Below are positions 14,698 to 15,838 of a stretch of DNA of 15,838 nt, in pieces. The DNA lies in the NCBI GenBank assembly GCA_048938445.1, contig JBHLME010000105.1, forward strand, positions 1 to 15,838, given 5' to 3'. The DNA is from Promethearchaeota archaeon (GTDB lineage Archaea > Asgardarchaeota > Lokiarchaeia > Sigyniarchaeales > SOKP01). The first letter of the stretch is position 1. The number at the start of each line of letters is the position of its first letter. The notes beneath the pieces were generated by a model. The model saw nothing but the letters and a program-made list of their open reading frames with translations, ran no database searches and was not told where the DNA came from. The position numbers and the translations under genes are program-made.

Positions 14698-15579
14698 TTA
14701 TATAAAATTAAATATTACTTCAAAATCGGAAAGATTGAACGGTTTCAAGATGTAACCATTGGCACCTGTTTCTGCAAAATTCTTTTGTACTTCAGAACCA
14801 GGAATTGCAGTTAAGAGGTATAAAGGTATATCTTTAAGCTTTTTTTCAGATTTAATGATTTTACATAAATCATACCCTGAAACGTCTGGTAATATGACAT
14901 CTAAAAGAATAACTTTAGGGGTGATCACCCTTAATTCCTCAATACCTTTCGTCCCGCTTATGACCCCCTTGCAGGTATGCCCACGACTCTCAAAAAAACT
15001 TTTTAATAATCTTATTGTTGCTAAATCATCTTCAATTAATAATATATCAACGCTTTCTTGCTCGACTTTAATGTCATCTAATATATTTATTATTTTATTT
15101 TCAAGGAGAATACTTTGATCAAAGATATTTTGAACTGTTGCCAGTACTTCATCATTTAATTCATCATTGTACGCTTCTAATAATAATTGACTAAAACCTT
15201 TTATTGTTGTTAGTGGTTCCTTTAATGCGTGGGAAATTCCTGACAAAATTTCACCATTAAATTTTAATAAATCATTTCCACCTAATTTTGAATGTTTTTC
15301 AATAAAATAGGAAACACTTTCTCTAATTAACTTGGAAATGGTCGAATATTTTTTTTCTTTTATGAAATCTTGCCACTGGTTCTTAGTTTCTTCGGAGACA
15401 TAAAGGGAGATCCGTTCCTTGTCTCGATCGTAGATCTTTTCTCCTTTTTGCCATTTTTTAAATGCTTCTGTTACCGTTCCCCTCCACACGGCGTATTTAC
15501 CTGTTTCTTTTTCATAAAGGTCCATCTCTTCTGTTCTTTCTATTTCTTCTTCAAGATCTTTATTATCTCCACCAATCAT
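14698..15579 (-). CDS. Hybrid regulator: ribbon-helix-helix, HisKA-like dimerisation/phosphoacceptor domain and receiver (REC); no HATPase domain
   Basis: RHH-like KERISLYVSEETKNQW...TISKLIRESV (aa ~54-95). H-box ISHALKEPLTTIKG (His117). REC domain with IEDD, ILLD227, T257 and K279-P-F. Confidence 0.85.
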   Translation of the reverse strand: MIGGDNKDLEEEIERTEEMDLYEKETGKYAVWRGTVTEAFKKWQKGEKIYDRDKERISLYVSEETKNQWQDFIKEKKYSTISKLIRESVSYFIEKHSKLGGNDLLKFNGEILSGISHALKEPLTTIKGFSQLLLEAYNDELNDEVLATVQNIFDQSILLENKIINILDDIKVEQESVDILLIEDDLATIRLLKSFFESRGHTCKGVISGTKGIEELRVITPKVILLDVILPDVSGYDLCKIIKSEKKLKDIPLYLLTAIPGSEVQKNFAETGANGYILKPFNLSDFEVIFNFI

Positions 15580-15736
15580 AAGTATTTCATCTAAATTTAT
15601 TACATTTTACTTCGAAATGGTAAATTTATACTAAACAATTTATTTTTTTTTTTTTGATAAAAAAATTTCTTTTTTTGCCATTGAATGATTTGTCTTTGCT
15701 TTTATATAAATTATTATATAAAGTTTTGTATAAATA

Positions 15737-15763
15737 TTTATAAAATTTACCAAATTTTATAAA
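15737..15763. repeat. Perfect 12-bp inverted repeat with a 3-nt spacer
   Basis: TTTATAAAATTT-ACC-AAATTTTATAAA, read directly from the sequence. Function unknown. Confidence 0.6.
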
Positions 15764-15838
15764 AATCAACAATTCTTCTCGATCTCATTTTATTAAAAAT
15801 ATTTAATGATATCAACTTTAAGAACTCGTGTTATATCA

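Noticed and set aside
14759-15594. Plus-strand ORFs 14759-15118 and 15370-15594
   Set aside because: Antisense to the RHH-HisKA-REC gene.
1-15838. CRISPR arrays, IS elements, rRNA genes and genetic-code reassignment
   Set aside because: No spaced direct repeats, transposase motifs or rRNA-like sequence were seen. All recognised proteins are full length under the standard code, with TAA or TGA stops.

Overview
AT-rich archaeal DNA, very likely from an Asgard archaeon (Lokiarchaeia/Promethearchaeia). The evidence is two tandem profilin-like genes, archaeal information-processing genes and tRNA introns with bulge-helix-bulge (BHB) motifs. The plus strand begins with the 3' end of a 2-oxoacid:ferredoxin oxidoreductase beta gene, a TsaC/Sua5 gene and a THUMP gene. 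These converge on a long minus-strand run that is a variant of the archaeal exosome/proteasome superoperon: profilin x2, psmA, SBDS, rrp4, rrp41, rrp42, rpl37ae, pcc1, pfdB, DHH phosphoesterase, ecfA, ecfA', ecfT, cgi121. Next come a DUF2110-like gene and four tRNA genes missing from the ORF track: Val-TAC, Ser-GCT, Ser-TGA and Lys-CTT. They carry four introns in total, three at non-canonical D-arm positions. The two tRNA pairs flank a JAMM/MPN protein with an altered active site. The window ends with an unusual regulator (RHH-HisKA-REC) that has no ATPase domain. All family assignments come from reading motifs by eye; no database searches were run.
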